Source of the DNA: Marsupella aquatica
Lineage: Eukaryota; Plantae; Marchantiophyta
DNA length: 64,000 nucleotides
NCBI GenBank assembly: GCA_973895155.1
Contig: OZ316892.1
Span: forward strand, 8,970,283-9,034,282
Reading direction: 5' to 3'
The position numbers and the translations under genes were made by a program. Every line of letters starts with the position of its first letter. Position 1 is the first letter of the stretch. Below are positions 63,131 to 64,000 of this stretch, piece after piece. The notes below the pieces were generated by a model, which worked only from the letters and a program-made list of their open reading frames with translations, was not told the DNA's origin and made no database searches.

Positions 63131-64000
63131 TTTGAGATGTATAAAGAGCAAAAACAAACCCATACGAAGGTCCCCATAATATTTGCTATTTAGTCTTTTC
63201 TACTGTACAGCGCAAAGCAAACGCATACGAAGGACCTATAGACTACGGCGATGCCTGCAGACAGTGACATTTGGGGCAGGATGGAATGCGATATTGAGGG
63301 AAGCAATTTCTAAAGCAAAAGAAATGACGACGAAGTCATGCTGTGAATTAACCTCAACTATCTGATGAGCCCAATACGACTGGAGGAGTCCGAGGAAAGG
63401 TCATCCATCCTGCTTTGTGGCACTTCAGGCCTTTTATTAAATAGCATTGGACGCCCTTTGAATTGCAGGGTTTTGTCTTTAAACTACGGATTTTATCATT
63501 GTGCAACAAGAAGTCCAAGTCCACGCAGAGCTTAAGACTTTGATGCGGCTTGGTTTGACTGGTACAGAGGAGAATGGAGTGAGCTTGTGCCGAAGCTACA
63601 GAAAACAGAGTGGAATATGTACAGAAACCATACAAGTCAGCAAGTGACAACTTTCAAAAGAACATTTCACAACTACAGAGACCAGAAGATTCAGCTTGAA
63701 AAAATATTTTAGGATGATGCAATCACGTGAATAACTCACGAATTAATGCTTTATAAGCTTACAGAAAATGCTCTTAGCTTTACAGAAGAGCTACGCTGAA
63801 ATGGTACACCTACCTACCCGTAAACTCAAAGATGTCAGGCATTAGTCTCGGCTGCCGATCTATTCTACTTGCCTGGCTGCCAAACAACCTTCGTAGCTGT
63901 CCTGCGCTTTGTTTCAATTTGCAGTGCCAATGCGTCATAATCCTGTCTCCACTCAATCTTACAATGGTGATTAAAATCGGTAGAATGAATGACTGTCTAT

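Overview
Eukaryotic nuclear DNA from a land plant, probably a bryophyte-grade plant with flagellated sperm. This assignment is inferred from the protein families, the short GT-AG introns and a cilium-type gene. Five protein-coding genes are supported: (1) a PATROL1/Munc13-like (DUF810) gene with an intronless CDS (minus); (2) a 7-exon arogenate dehydrogenase (plus) with a degenerate duplicate of exon 5 inside intron 4; (3) a 29-exon UPF1 (plus); (4) an intronless SMP-C2 (NTMC2T6-like) gene (minus); and (5) a spliced coiled-coil gene that the ORF track fragments, resembling the N-terminal region of the ciliary protein IQCE and containing a GC-AG intron (minus). Intergenic DNA is largely CpG-poor and holds MITEs (one with a clean 8-bp TSD), LINE remnants, an LTR-like fragment, tandem duplications and two notable fold-back structures. 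All homology calls come from recognised motifs and memory; no search was run.
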